A DNA stretch of 64,000 nt from Candidatus Thorarchaeota archaeon (GCA_046482545.1 JAWOEX010000045.1:1-64000), one strand, 5' to 3'; shown: positions 19,330-29,908, numbered from the stretch's first letter. Notes: generated by a model not told the origin, from the letters alone. A program made the numbers and translations.

Positions 19330-19995
19330 CTAGTCTGGAGGGGTCTCTGACCATGTGATTTGATCGACCGTGAGTTCGGCAGGGGCGTAATGATTGGTTC
19401 GAGCGTTTACATCTATTGCACCGGAGTCGTTCATTACAGTGACTCTTAAGACAACAGCGAATTTGTATGTGTAACCGCTATACAGACAACAGCTGAATTC
19501 CTCAGTCTCGCTATCATCTGTATTGACATTCTCGTAATCATCCCAACTAAAAGCAGGGCCTGTGAATGTGTATGACCATGCGCTCTTGGATTGTTTTTCA
19601 TCCTCGTTTGCATCCATGACAAGAAAGCGGACCTCTATTTTTACTTTGCCACCCCATCCACAATTCAATCGAAAGTCGATATCCCATTGAGCTGTGAAAT
19701 ACCATGTAGCTGTAATAGTCTCAGACATTTCTACATCTTCAGCAACCCAAGCCTCTCCGTAGAGTCCTTTACCATACCAAAGGGGCCAAACCTTTGGATT
19801 CACTTGAATTTCACATATTCCTGATATTGCGTCAGCATCCACAGTATGGTATTCACCAGGTGTGGTTTCATATGTATCCGAATCGTCGTAAGGTGCGGTA
19901 GCATTACCGAACCATAGCGCTGAAACATCAGATACATTTGATGCTAGAATGGTAATTGCAACCATAACAAAGCATAATCTAACTCTTTTTCCCAA
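19330..19995 (-). CDS. Secreted hypothetical protein (221 aa), beta-rich and acidic
   Basis: Signal peptide ending ...VSDVSA; W/Y/D/T-rich; directly upstream of the ABC-2 operon. Confidence 0.75.
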   Translation of the reverse strand: MGKRVRLCFVMVAITILASNVSDVSALWFGNATAPYDDSDTYETTPGEYHTVDADAISGICEIQVNPKVWPLWYGKGLYGEAWVAEDVEMSETITATWYFTAQWDIDFRLNCGWGGKVKIEVRFLVMDANEDEKQSKSAWSYTFTGPAFSWDDYENVNTDDSETEEFSCCLYSGYTYKFAVVLRVTVMNDSGAIDVNARTNHYAPAELTVDQITWSETPPD

Positions 19996-20169
19996 ATTAC
20001 TACACTCCTAAGGATTATTGAAACCCTCATTTATAATTAAACCAAGTTGCTTATAAGCCTAACTTTCTTTTAAGAAACACGCCTGAACCTAATTTGATGA
20101 GACAATACAAACAATCAGAGAAAAGTGAGTGTGCCATATAGCTGCTATTCTCTCTTTCAAATCTTTCAA

Positions 20170-20473
20170 GAATTCTTTCGCTGCTTCAAGTTCCAGCCGT
20201 ATATTTTCACTCCCCCATTTTTCCAGTTGCTTTTCATAGATACTGATTGCTTCTTCCACGCGCTTTTTCGCTGGAGAGGATTTTCCGTCTTTCAACAAGG
20301 ACCTCAGCAAGGTCGGCCTGCTCAAGCGGGTCTGCTGAGGTTTGTTTCCGGTGATACTGGACTTTGCGCTTCAACAGGTCGACACCCCGTTCCTTTTCCA
20401 GCTCCGCAAAGATGATACTTGGAACCAGCTCCTCGATTTTCCTCATCACGTAGTCGTGGTTGACAAGCTTCTT
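20170..20473 (-). pseudogene. C-terminal ~100-codon remnant of a homolog of the 365-aa gene (frameshifted; no trailer repeat attached)
   Basis: KKLVNHDYVMRKIEELVPSIIFAELEKERGVDLLKRKVQYHRK...DGKSSPAKKRVEEAISIYEKQLEKW aligns to the 1628-1980 region, with a small internal deletion. Confidence 0.92.
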
Positions 20474-20505
20474 CCCGTAACCTGACTCTCATCAGAGCAG
20501 AGAAA

Positions 20506-20961
20506 TCATACAATATCACTTGGTGTAACAATGATATCCTGCAATCCTGCTTCCTTGAGGAACATCTTGAACTCGTCATCAATGGTGAGAAATGCGCAGT
20601 TATTTCTGAGAGAAATTGCATACAGAAGATTGTCAATCATGTCTGTATGTCCCTTCTGATAGAGCCTAAGCGCAAGCATATGGTCTTCAGCACTAGCATG
20701 GAGTACTTGGTACATCCCTGTCTTGGTAATACTCAACATACCACGTCTGAATACCTCTTCCTTGTACTTGTCTCTCTTCATTTGCCTGATGGCGAACCAA
20801 GTAGTTTCAAGCATACTTGGGTCTGAGTAGAATATTGATTGTTGCTCGAAATCCAGTGAAGATAGCGCCTTTATGACTTGATCTGTGACAGAAATACCAA
20901 ACGTTGGAAGAAGGAACGATGTATCAAGCAGAATCCTTGGTATACTTCGATTGCTCTTCAC
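20506..20961 (-). CDS. vapC: PIN-domain (VapC-like) toxin
   Basis: LLDTSFLLP...E...GHTDMIDNLLYA...FLTID. Confidence 0.88.
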   Translation of the reverse strand: MKSNRSIPRILLDTSFLLPTFGISVTDQVIKALSSLDFEQQSIFYSDPSMLETTWFAIRQMKRDKYKEEVFRRGMLSITKTGMYQVLHASAEDHMLALRLYQKGHTDMIDNLLYAISLRNNCAFLTIDDEFKMFLKEAGLQDIIVTPSDIV

Positions 20962-21178
20962 GGCTTATGCCCTCCATCTCCTCAAGTGTCATGGTAGCGA
21001 ATTTCTCTCCCTTAACAGCGAGAGTTACTGGGTCGAGGAGGGGCTCGATGATGATTTGATTTCCCTCGACCCTGATGAGGATTTTCATTCCCTCCTCCAC
21101 CTCGGTCTCTTCGACGACTTCTAGTGGAAGGTAAATTGTGTGTTTCTTTCCGATGCGACTTTCAGTTGTCAGGCCCAT
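20924..21178 (-). CDS. AbrB/MazE-family antitoxin
   Basis: SRIGKKHTIYLPLEVVEETEVEEGMKILIRVEGNQIIIEP. Confidence 0.85.
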   Translation of the reverse strand: MGLTTESRIGKKHTIYLPLEVVEETEVEEGMKILIRVEGNQIIIEPLLDPVTLAVKGEKFATMTLEEMEGISREEQSKYTKDSA

Positions 21179-21412
21179 ATTTATTCACCTGAATAAAGTA
21201 TTCTTACCGGACTATGATATAATATACTGAATATAGATTTAAACTCATGGTAATAAACGATTATCAGCACAAGTAGTCTTTGGTTTAACAAACCATGGTT
21301 TCCCAAAATCCGTAGAACATACAAGCGAAGTGATTGCTTAAGTTCCATAGACTTAATCTATCGAAAAACCAAAACCGACAAGCCTAGAGAATGTAATGAT
21401 AATTCCGAGCCG

Positions 21413-21535
21413 ACTTGAGGTACAGACGAGCGGGGTTAGAGGAACAGGGGTTTACCCAACTGACACTGTTGAGCACCCTCTATGTTTTGCACAAGATTAC
21501 AACGCCGAGTTGAAAGATCGTTTGACTACTGACTA
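21413..21535 (+). repeat. Repeat R5: diverged full trailer copy ending at the gene-tail stop codon
   Basis: ACTTGAGGTACAGACGAGCGGGGTTAGAGGAACAGGGG...CTGACACTGTTGAGCACCCTC...TTTTGCACAAGATTACAACG...CTACTGACTA. Confidence 0.93.
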
Positions 21536-21556
21536 CTGTCAATATTCATGAGAAAT

Positions 21557-22984
21557 TCAGTGTTTCTTGATTATCTTCCGCATCTCTTTCTCGATATCCT
21601 TGTCTAGCGGTTCAACTTCATGTGTTTCTAAGATTTCCTTCACCTTCTCTCTGGCTCTCTGAACCATGTCCTTCTTGCCTTTGGCTTCCCAATCGGGTCG
21701 AGAAGATCGGTCCGTGATTTTGGGGTGCCACTGTTCATTTTGTACATGTTTCATAGTGAATTCCAATCCTGCATCTGCTGTCAGATGGTTTGTCTCGTGT
21801 CCGACTGCTTCTATAACATCAACTGCCAGCGTTTCCTTTGTTACATCCATGCCTTTTGCCACACGCTTGATTGCTTCACATATGTCATTGCTTATTGCAA
21901 ATTGCTCGTAGCATGCGGTGACTCCAGCCTCCAAGATTCCATACACTCCATCATGGATAACATCTGCTCCAGCCAAGGTGGCAATAAGAGCATTCATGGT
22001 GTTTTCGTAGGCGGCTTGTGGGTCGGGTGCCTTTGAATCTACAACTCCCGCCGCACCATAATATGGTATTCCATAATAATTCGCCATTTGAATGAAGGCG
22101 GCATGGATCAACCCATTCTCAGGGCAACCATAGGCTGCAGTGCCGCCTCTTTGGTCCAGGATTGTACTGCATGAACCCCACATAATAGGTGTGCCGGGTC
22201 CTTCAAGCTGAGTTAGTACCACGACTGCGTGATTCTCTGCGATTCCCTGAACAACCATGCCAGCTAATGTGACTGGCCCGCTTGCACTTGCTAGTGCCCC
22301 TGTACTGATATCAAATGGAATTCTATACTTTGCACATTCAAGTATCATTTCAATAATGTCGTGTGAGTACTTCAAAGGTGGAACGTTGTTGAATCCAGTG
22401 TCAATGATGGATGGATGCTTGATGAACTCTTCTTCCCCTCCGGCTAGAATTTTCGCCATCTCTATGACATCTCTGAATCCTTCCGGAGTCAAAGCTAGAA
22501 CACTACAGTGTTTTTCGGTATTTTTGAACATAGAAAGGGCCATCTCTTGTTGCAGTACATCCTGGGAGAGATCTTGAGGCATAATATTCGGCTTGACGTA
22601 ATCAACAGTGGGGAAATAATCTGAAAGAAGAGTAAATTCATCGAGGTCATCTAGCGTTGCAAGCCTACGTTCTTGCGTTTCGAGATCTATGACATAGTGT
22701 GCCCCAAATGCATTTGTGAAATATGAGTTGCCATCACCAATCAGGATGTTGTGTTCCGGATTCCTAGCTCTGAGCAAGTCTCTGCTTGGCGTCCTTGTCA
22801 AAGCTTCACGGACAAGATACTCAGGAATCTTGGCGAGCTTTTTCTTTTCATCAACTATTGCACCGGCATCTTTGAGAATTTTGAGTGCTCGATCGTGTTG
22901 AATTCTAACTCCAACTCTTTCAAGAACTTCCATCGCCGCCACATGTATGTCATATACTTCTTCTTCAGTTAACAAGCTGAACAT
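21557..22984 (-). CDS. mttB: MttB-superfamily corrinoid methyltransferase (MT1), non-pyrrolysine
   Basis: GPVTLAG, TAAYGCPE, VVDSKAPDPQAAYE, HEVEPLDKDIEKE; no in-frame TAG; GAGGTGA SD. Confidence 0.9.
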   Translation of the reverse strand: MFSLLTEEEVYDIHVAAMEVLERVGVRIQHDRALKILKDAGAIVDEKKKLAKIPEYLVREALTRTPSRDLLRARNPEHNILIGDGNSYFTNAFGAHYVIDLETQERRLATLDDLDEFTLLSDYFPTVDYVKPNIMPQDLSQDVLQQEMALSMFKNTEKHCSVLALTPEGFRDVIEMAKILAGGEEEFIKHPSIIDTGFNNVPPLKYSHDIIEMILECAKYRIPFDISTGALASASGPVTLAGMVVQGIAENHAVVVLTQLEGPGTPIMWGSCSTILDQRGGTAAYGCPENGLIHAAFIQMANYYGIPYYGAAGVVDSKAPDPQAAYENTMNALIATLAGADVIHDGVYGILEAGVTACYEQFAISNDICEAIKRVAKGMDVTKETLAVDVIEAVGHETNHLTADAGLEFTMKHVQNEQWHPKITDRSSRPDWEAKGKKDMVQRAREKVKEILETHEVEPLDKDIEKEMRKIIKKH

Positions 22985-23047
22985 CAGTTTTTCACCTCTA
23001 TCAAACGGAGGACACTATAATTGCAGTTCGCATCACGCGAGAACAAG

Positions 23048-23701
23048 CTAGGCCCCCTCTTTGCCAATCAATTTCTTTGCAAGAGCTGCAGCAGTAACCG
23101 CATCCCCCGCATATCCGTCAGCTCCTATCTCATCTGCCCATTCTTGAGTGGTGGGCGCTCCCCCAATCATCACCTTGATATCATCCATTCCAGATTCTCT
23201 AAACGCTTTGATGACTTCCCCCTGTTTAGGCATTGATGAAGTGAGTAATGCCGATAATCCAACAATATCTGCATCGTGCTCCTTTGCTTTTTCAATAAAT
23301 GTATCGGCCGGTATATCTTCACCCAGATTGAGGACCTCGAAGCCATTAGCTTCAAGTAACGTTCCCACAATGTCCTTTCCAATGCTGTGGATGTCCCCCT
23401 CTACTGTACCAATAATTACTGTTCCCGCAGTTTCCATTTCTCTTCCTGAGGCCTTCACTTCCGGGAGTAGGACTGACATACCAGTTTTCATAGCTTTCCC
23501 TGAGGTTATCAGTTCGACAAGGAATACCTCACCCTTACCAAACTTATCTCCCACTTCTTTTACCCCTTTTGCCAATCCTTCAACAATGGCATCAAGGGGA
23601 GGAACACCACTCTTTAGTGCTTTCCGAGCCGCAGCTTCTGCTTTGTCTGAACTACCTTCAACAACTGATTTTCTTAGTTCTTCAATTATTTCTGACGACA
23701 T
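23048..23701 (-). CDS. Cognate corrinoid (B12-binding) protein, MttC/MtbC-like
   Basis: GTVEGDIHSIGKDIV (DxHxxG), SALLTSS, VMIGGAP. Confidence 0.93.
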   Translation of the reverse strand: MSSEIIEELRKSVVEGSSDKAEAAARKALKSGVPPLDAIVEGLAKGVKEVGDKFGKGEVFLVELITSGKAMKTGMSVLLPEVKASGREMETAGTVIIGTVEGDIHSIGKDIVGTLLEANGFEVLNLGEDIPADTFIEKAKEHDADIVGLSALLTSSMPKQGEVIKAFRESGMDDIKVMIGGAPTTQEWADEIGADGYAGDAVTAAALAKKLIGKEGA

Positions 23702-24207
23702 TTTTGAGCACTTCTCGTTTCGCTTTCTGTTTCAGTCTGTACAACGCCTTATTCCGTACTGTTTTCGAAAACCGGAAAGATTATTCAACCACTCAAATCC
23801 TCAAGAGCCTGAAGATAAGAACCTAGACGATGAGATTGTATGTACACAGTACTGAATCAGCCCAATTGCGATTTCTCTCATCATTCCACATTCCTATTTC
23901 GGAGTTCGACCAATTACTCTTTAGAAGTGGATGGCAATGCTTTCTTATATTTTTAATCCAAAGCTAAATTCCTTTCGGACACTCACTCTTAAGCTTCTTA
24001 TGTTTCTATTATGGCTACGAATTGAAGTGCAGCTAGTATTTGCCACGTCAATACTGATGTTTCGAGTGGGACAATCCGAACTTAGATTATGCGTAGAAAT
24101 CGGTAGTTGCATGCTTGTTTTTATACCCTTTCTACTCCCGGTTGGAAGTTGAAGAAAAAGAAAGGTGGGGGGCCAAGCCCCCCTGAGAGAACGCGATCTC
24201 TGAGCTC

Positions 24208-25821
24208 TTACTCTGGCGGTAATGAGCTATATACTGTCTCGACATCAATATCTTCTTTCTCAAGTTTACGACTGAATGCCACAAACCAGAGAGCAGAGAA
24301 GCCGTACTGGACACACATCGAAATAATCGATAGGAAGGCCGCCCCTTGGAAGAATCCAATCATAACAAAGAGCGATACCGGGAGTAAAATGATTCCCAAT
24401 AGCGAGACAACCGAATATCCAGCTATTTCCGGTTGCTCTCGTATGCTTCCTTTATACAGTGGTTTCTTAAGGTATGGAAGCCCTAAGGCTGCAATTGATT
24501 GAAAGATCATTTCAATGCCGTAGAGTCCAGTAAGCGATGTGACAACATTGATGAAGTTTCCGTAACCGGCTGCTAACACAAATGCGAAGGGTAATCCGAA
24601 GAAGAAGTAGTAGGCAATTGCGTATTTCGGCGTATGGAATCTAGATAGCTTAGCAAAGAACTCAGGCATCATTCTATCTAGGGACGCTTGGAAGAATCCT
24701 CGCGTAACCCAAGCCATATTCATTGGCGTTGCCGTAAGACCCACCACAACTGGCGACAGGAGAATCCATCCTGATATGATGGGATTGGATGCCAATACGG
24801 CTGTAAAAGTACCTAGTCCTGTCTGGAAATACGCCGGTTGCGTGAGATTCCCTGTTTGTGCGGCAACCGTATATGCGGTCGAAAAGCTCCCAAATGTGGA
24901 TTGGAAGAGCGCCGCAGCGGAGCTTAGCAGAACAGCCAAAATCCCTCCCCCAAGTACCTGTGTGAGTACTAAGTTCTTTGCTGGGTCTGATATTTCACCT
25001 CCATAATGGAGGATTAGGTACGGCCAGACCAATCCGATGGGCCACACAGTTGCCATGAGAGTCATCTGCAGGTTGAAACTGGCAGCAGAGAAACCAGCCG
25101 TAGAAGCCACATTCACAACTTCCTGATACGCTCCACTACCCCAAACTGCGTTCCATTGACCGGGAACAGCAGATGCAGGAGTTAGTAACAGAACAAAAAT
25201 AGCCATTACCCATCCAATTGTTGAGAACACCCCTCCGGCCATCTGGACAATTGGTTCCACTTTAAATAGTGGACCCAGATAGGCTACTAGGGAGAAGAGA
25301 GCCATTAGGAATATTGAAACACCAGCTAGTACCCAAGGGCTCTGATTGGAAAATGTAACACCCAGTGAAGTCAAGGTGGTGTTGTTTGTTACTCTACCCC
25401 AGTTCGCAAATGCTGAACCTAGGAAAACCAAAAAGAGGTAAAACTCACTCATCTTGATGATTGGATTGGCAATGATCCCACGCCAAACAGCAAGGATGCC
25501 AACAATGGGATTGACACCTCTTGCAGAAATCTGGTAAATTCCTGCAGAGCGTGGCATAGCCAATGATAGCAGGGTTATCATGACTGTATAAATGAGCATG
25601 AAACCCATGCCTATACTCCAAGTCATACCCGCGTTGATTCCCGGGTACATATCTTGAAGAGTGCCAACAAAGAGCCATTGGAACGTTCCCAAGCTGGCTC
25701 CTATCAATGCGAAGAGTGCAGTCCATGTACCAAAGTATTTGGTTAATCCTGAGGTTGGTCGCAAGAATAAAATCTTGGAAGAAGACGAGCTTTCCATTTT
25801 AATATCCTCAGTACGGTTCAT
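24208..25821 (-). CDS. APC-family amino acid/amine permease
   Basis: FLRPTSGL, AMPRSAG, GGEI, LDRMMPEFFAK; ~12-14 TM segments. Confidence 0.85.
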   Translation of the reverse strand: MNRTEDIKMESSSSSKILFLRPTSGLTKYFGTWTALFALIGASLGTFQWLFVGTLQDMYPGINAGMTWSIGMGFMLIYTVMITLLSLAMPRSAGIYQISARGVNPIVGILAVWRGIIANPIIKMSEFYLFLVFLGSAFANWGRVTNNTTLTSLGVTFSNQSPWVLAGVSIFLMALFSLVAYLGPLFKVEPIVQMAGGVFSTIGWVMAIFVLLLTPASAVPGQWNAVWGSGAYQEVVNVASTAGFSAASFNLQMTLMATVWPIGLVWPYLILHYGGEISDPAKNLVLTQVLGGGILAVLLSSAAALFQSTFGSFSTAYTVAAQTGNLTQPAYFQTGLGTFTAVLASNPIISGWILLSPVVVGLTATPMNMAWVTRGFFQASLDRMMPEFFAKLSRFHTPKYAIAYYFFFGLPFAFVLAAGYGNFINVVTSLTGLYGIEMIFQSIAALGLPYLKKPLYKGSIREQPEIAGYSVVSLLGIILLPVSLFVMIGFFQGAAFLSIISMCVQYGFSALWFVAFSRKLEKEDIDVETVYSSLPPE

Positions 25822-25930
25822 TATAACGCCTTCGCGTTATTTAAATGCACCGAGTTATCTTAAAGGATATTAAATTTAGATATGCCTTTCCTCGCAATAG
25901 AAGCGCATCTGGAGTAAATTGACGGCTGAA

Positions 25931-26614
25931 TTAAGTCAACTTCACAAGATAGTGCTTTCGCCAAGGTTTCGGTTCTTTAACAACCTCAATATGATTATAG
26001 TCAAGGAGACCAACCCCGACTAGATGATCTTCAGGATTTTCGTCTTTGTGACTAATATATTGACGCAATTGTTCAATTAACAATTGCACAGCTTTTCTTA
26101 CTTCCTTCTCACGGGCCTTATTGACTTCCGGATTCTCCTCGAAGAAGTTGTTTATGCGTTTTGAAATCATCCCGCCTATTATGTAGCGCGCTCCGACCCC
26201 AATAAGAATCGCGGCGAAAGTTGTAATCATGACATAGGGTGCTATAGCACCAACGAATGGAATATCAGGAAAGAATAGGCCCACAAACAACATTATGAAG
26301 AGTATAGGAACAGGTATCTGCCATAATGCTTCTGTATAGGTTTGGATAGTAGCCAGCCTAACCAAACCGGGAATCGATGAGGTCACTCTGGCCATCTTCA
26401 CCATTTTTCTTCGAAGCGGTTTCCAGATTTCTGCAAACTTCCTTCCCAGTGTCCGATTCTCGACCATCTTATCGATATGAGTTAGTTCGTAGAATGCATG
26501 CTGTCTATACCCATCAATGGCATAGATGGCTTTCCGGATATCATCTGGATCAAGTCTATCCATTCGGCGGTCTATTGCAGCACTATGCTTTTTTTCCCTG
26601 CTACGCTTTCTCAT
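25931..26614 (-). CDS. Membrane protein with two TM helices
   Basis: 227-aa ORF with two hydrophobic segments, downstream of the phosphoesterase. Confidence 0.7.
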   Translation of the reverse strand: MRKRSREKKHSAAIDRRMDRLDPDDIRKAIYAIDGYRQHAFYELTHIDKMVENRTLGRKFAEIWKPLRRKMVKMARVTSSIPGLVRLATIQTYTEALWQIPVPILFIMLFVGLFFPDIPFVGAIAPYVMITTFAAILIGVGARYIIGGMISKRINNFFEENPEVNKAREKEVRKAVQLLIEQLRQYISHKDENPEDHLVGVGLLDYNHIEVVKEPKPWRKHYLVKLT

Positions 26615-26639
26615 TGATTCTTCCCACAGATAAACTACG

Positions 26640-27593
26640 TTAGGCGGATACGTTTAGAGTTCTAACTTTCTCATCAGGTTTTTCTGGTAGATCTACAACG
26701 AAAGCGTTGAGCATACCTTGTATATAGATCGAACCCGGATTGAGACAAAGCGTTTTCCCGATGTATTCGGTTCCAGCCGACTCGTGGATGTGCCCATGAA
26801 GCCCAAGTAGAGGTTGATATTCCTCAATGGTTTCGCGGACACTTTTGCTTCCGACGCTTTCCATAGGTGGTCGACCAAAACGAACTTTGACTTGGAGATT
26901 CTCATCCAGTTTGGGCGCTCGGTCAACCCTAGTTCCATATGGTGGGGCATGAAAATTACAGATTAGGTTCTCGTGATTACTAACTCGGTTGAACTCCTTT
27001 TCAAGTCTATCCCTTAGCTCATCTTCTGGGCATTCTCGAGGCGTATTTTTCCAAGGCGTAGTGTTAACCCATGCACAGCTAATCATGGGATGATTCTCGT
27101 CTATTTCAATTGCCTTGTGAATCGGATAGATTGCTTTATCGCTTGCCTTTATCAATTCATCAATTGAAGCGTCATCATCATTGCCTGGAGAGACTATTGT
27201 TTTCACATCATCCGGTACTTCTTCTTCTATTACCTCTAACCACCATTTCATCCTTTCTAGCATGAGCTCTTCAAACAGCTTCTCAACCCGTTCTTCATCA
27301 GCCTGTAATTCACTCAGCTCATCTGGAGTGGTCAAAAACCAATAGAATCCTCTCTTCTCGTATTTCTTCTTCGCTTTGTTCAACGCGTCTTCTGACTTGT
27401 ATTCTTCTTTATCACCATAGGGTGCTGACCACCATTTGCCTTCTTCCTCTTCAACAATGGGCACGACCGCTTTCCCAGTAAGGTCGCCACACATCATTAC
27501 TACATCGCAATTGTACTTCTTATGCACTCTTGCCATTTTTCGGAGAACAGGCACACTACCATGAGCATCACAGGAGAAGAAAACGCGAGTCAA
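26640..27593 (-). CDS. Calcineurin-like metallophosphoesterase (Icc-related)
   Basis: DAHGS, GDLTGK, GNDD, HAPPY, GHIHES, NPGS; likely TTG start at 27593. Confidence 0.88.
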   Translation of the reverse strand: MTRVFFSCDAHGSVPVLRKMARVHKKYNCDVVMMCGDLTGKAVVPIVEEEEGKWWSAPYGDKEEYKSEDALNKAKKKYEKRGFYWFLTTPDELSELQADEERVEKLFEELMLERMKWWLEVIEEEVPDDVKTIVSPGNDDDASIDELIKASDKAIYPIHKAIEIDENHPMISCAWVNTTPWKNTPRECPEDELRDRLEKEFNRVSNHENLICNFHAPPYGTRVDRAPKLDENLQVKVRFGRPPMESVGSKSVRETIEEYQPLLGLHGHIHESAGTEYIGKTLCLNPGSIYIQGMLNAFVVDLPEKPDEKVRTLNVSA

Positions 27594-27682
27594 GGGTAAA
27601 CCTCGCGCGGATTGTTCGCAACAGATATTTAAGGATTTACTTATTGTCGAAAAAACAGTAACCCAATACTGAAGGATTTGCG

Positions 27683-28453
27683 ATGACCACCCGAACAAAA
27701 CAAGACGATTTCATCGATGAGGGAATGAGATTACTTGAAGAGGCTGAGAAACAAGATATCATTCTGAGAGTAATGGGTGCTATTGCAATCAGGCATCATT
27801 GCCCTGATTTTCGCGAGCTGCACCAAAAAATGGGTAGAGAGATTTCAGACATAGACTATGTTGGCTATGAGAAACAGAGCGATGAAATCGAGGATTTTTT
27901 CAAGGAACAGGGCTATAAAAGCCGAGTACTATCTTATAGCTATCGGCAGGTTGGCCGGATGATTTTCTTCGACGAAGCCACGAAGCGCCATGTGGATGTG
28001 TTTCTAGATAAGCTAGCTATGTGTCACACCATAGATTTCTCTGATCGGCTTGAAATTGATTATCCCACTATTCCTCTCGCAGAAATACTCTTGCAGAAAA
28101 CCCAGATTATTATGCTCAGCGATAAGGATGTCATAGACACAATGGTAATGTTCAGGGAGCACGATGTTGGTGCGTCTGATGAAGATATGATAAATATCGA
28201 TTATATCGCTGGCATTCTGGCCCGAGATTGGGGCTTCTATCATACGGTAACGACAAACCTCCAAAAGGTTAAGGACTTGCTACCTGACTATTATCTATTG
28301 ACCGATGAAGATAGGCAAATCATTGCAGACAGAATTGATAGGACTATTACAAGATTCGAAGAAGAGCCGAAGCGCCTAAAGTGGAAGATTCGTTCCAAGA
28401 TTGGTACTCGAATGAAATGGTACAAGGACGTGTACTCTGCACCAAAGGAATGA
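27683..28453 (+). CDS. Nucleotidyltransferase-fold protein
   Basis: LRVMGAIAI...REISDIDY...VDVFLD...LLQKTQI...KDVID. Confidence 0.7.
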   Translation: MTTRTKQDDFIDEGMRLLEEAEKQDIILRVMGAIAIRHHCPDFRELHQKMGREISDIDYVGYEKQSDEIEDFFKEQGYKSRVLSYSYRQVGRMIFFDEATKRHVDVFLDKLAMCHTIDFSDRLEIDYPTIPLAEILLQKTQIIMLSDKDVIDTMVMFREHDVGASDEDMINIDYIAGILARDWGFYHTVTTNLQKVKDLLPDYYLLTDEDRQIIADRIDRTITRFEEEPKRLKWKIRSKIGTRMKWYKDVYSAPKE

Positions 28454-28505
28454 CGGACATCCTAACTACGGCGAAGCTCTCTCACACAATCACTATTCTC
28501 TGACA

Positions 28506-29591
28506 CTAGTCCGGAAAGGTGATTTGTACCTTGATTGACTTTTCCTTTTCTTTATCGAGTGCAGCTGCGTAAGCATCATTAATTTCTTCTAAGGTATATC
28601 TGTGGGTTACTAGCTTCTCCGCATCTATCCTACCTTTGTAAAGCAAATCCATGCCCACTTCGAATTCTCTCCTATGGCTCCAGTATCCATATCCCCAAGC
28701 AGTCGTTACGTTAAGCTCTTTTGTCAGAAGCCCGAAAAGATCCGTTTCAATGGGTTCTACAAATATACCGGTTATGACTAGTGTGCCTTGAGGCCTTAGC
28801 ATGTTTATAGCATCATTAATGACTGTGGTCTTTCCTCCGACAGCTTCAATTACCTTATCTACCCCCTTGCCTTCTGTCATGTCAAGTATCTTCTCAACCG
28901 GATCTTCTTTTCTTGCATTGATTGCCGTCGTTGCCCCCACTTGCTCAGCGGCATCTACCTGAAAATCATGAGTTCCCACAGCATATACGTCTCTTGCGCC
29001 AGCGGCTTTAGCGGCTTGTACTGCAAATAATCCAATACTCCCAGCCCCTATAATCACCACATCGTCTTCGTTAGAAACACCAGCTTTCCTGATTGCGTGC
29101 TCTGCGACGGCAATACAATCACCGGTCGCAGCCTCCTGCAAAGAGATGTGTTCTGGCACCTTGAAACATTTCTCTGCCGGTACGGCACAGTATTCTGCAA
29201 AACCGCCCAAGTAGTAGAATCCTATCAATTTGTACTCCTTGCATAAATTGTAACTACCCGTTTGGCACCATTTACACACTCCGCACCCAACGATGGGTTC
29301 AACTACTATTCTGTCTCCTTTCTCAAATCCCTGTACATCTTCCCCAGTTGCCTCGATTGTCCCGGCAAATTCGTGACCTGGAACGTACTTTCCCTCACCA
29401 AGCACAGAATGAATTCCGATGGATGTTTTCTCCTTATACAGGTGTAAGTCACTGCCACAAATGCCTGCAGCTTTCACCTTTACGAGAACCCAGCCGGGTT
29501 CCAGAGCGGGAACTTTAAGCGTCTCTATTCTCATGTCTCTGGGTCCATGAAAAACCGCCGCCTTCATTTTTTCTGGATACATTGGAGTCAA
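28506..29591 (-). CDS. Zn-dependent alcohol/polyol dehydrogenase (MDR family)
   Basis: GICGSD, GHEF, CGVCKWC...C, GAGSIG. Confidence 0.92.
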   Translation of the reverse strand: MTPMYPEKMKAAVFHGPRDMRIETLKVPALEPGWVLVKVKAAGICGSDLHLYKEKTSIGIHSVLGEGKYVPGHEFAGTIEATGEDVQGFEKGDRIVVEPIVGCGVCKWCQTGSYNLCKEYKLIGFYYLGGFAEYCAVPAEKCFKVPEHISLQEAATGDCIAVAEHAIRKAGVSNEDDVVIIGAGSIGLFAVQAAKAAGARDVYAVGTHDFQVDAAEQVGATTAINARKEDPVEKILDMTEGKGVDKVIEAVGGKTTVINDAINMLRPQGTLVITGIFVEPIETDLFGLLTKELNVTTAWGYGYWSHRREFEVGMDLLYKGRIDAEKLVTHRYTLEEINDAYAAALDKEKEKSIKVQITFPD

Positions 29592-29908
29592 CTCAGTTCT
29601 ATTGATGTTTCTGCTCTACATAAGCATTCTTCTGAATCTTTTGAAATACTGTTCGAATCTATCAACTTGCTGCCTTGCTTGGCGGTCGTTTGGAGCATTC
29701 CTCACATAAGCCACTTGCTGGTTAGTTGTTGGTGGTTGTTCTAAGTGTCTCAGCTGGTATCATCCACAAGTTCTGGCTATTTCGAAGTCTTAAAATGCTA
29801 GAATGAGTAGCTTACGAACGTAACTGTGTTAGACTGGGCCTTAGCGCCCATCAAGGCTTGAATTGGAGGCCTTGTTTCAATTCCGCAGTGTCAGGTGCTG
29901 ACTAGACC

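Noticed and set aside
21557-22984. Pyrrolysine recoding in the MttB homolog
   Set aside because: The ORF is open with no in-frame TAG, the equivalent region reads GAAGVVDSK, and no pyl genes are present in the window.
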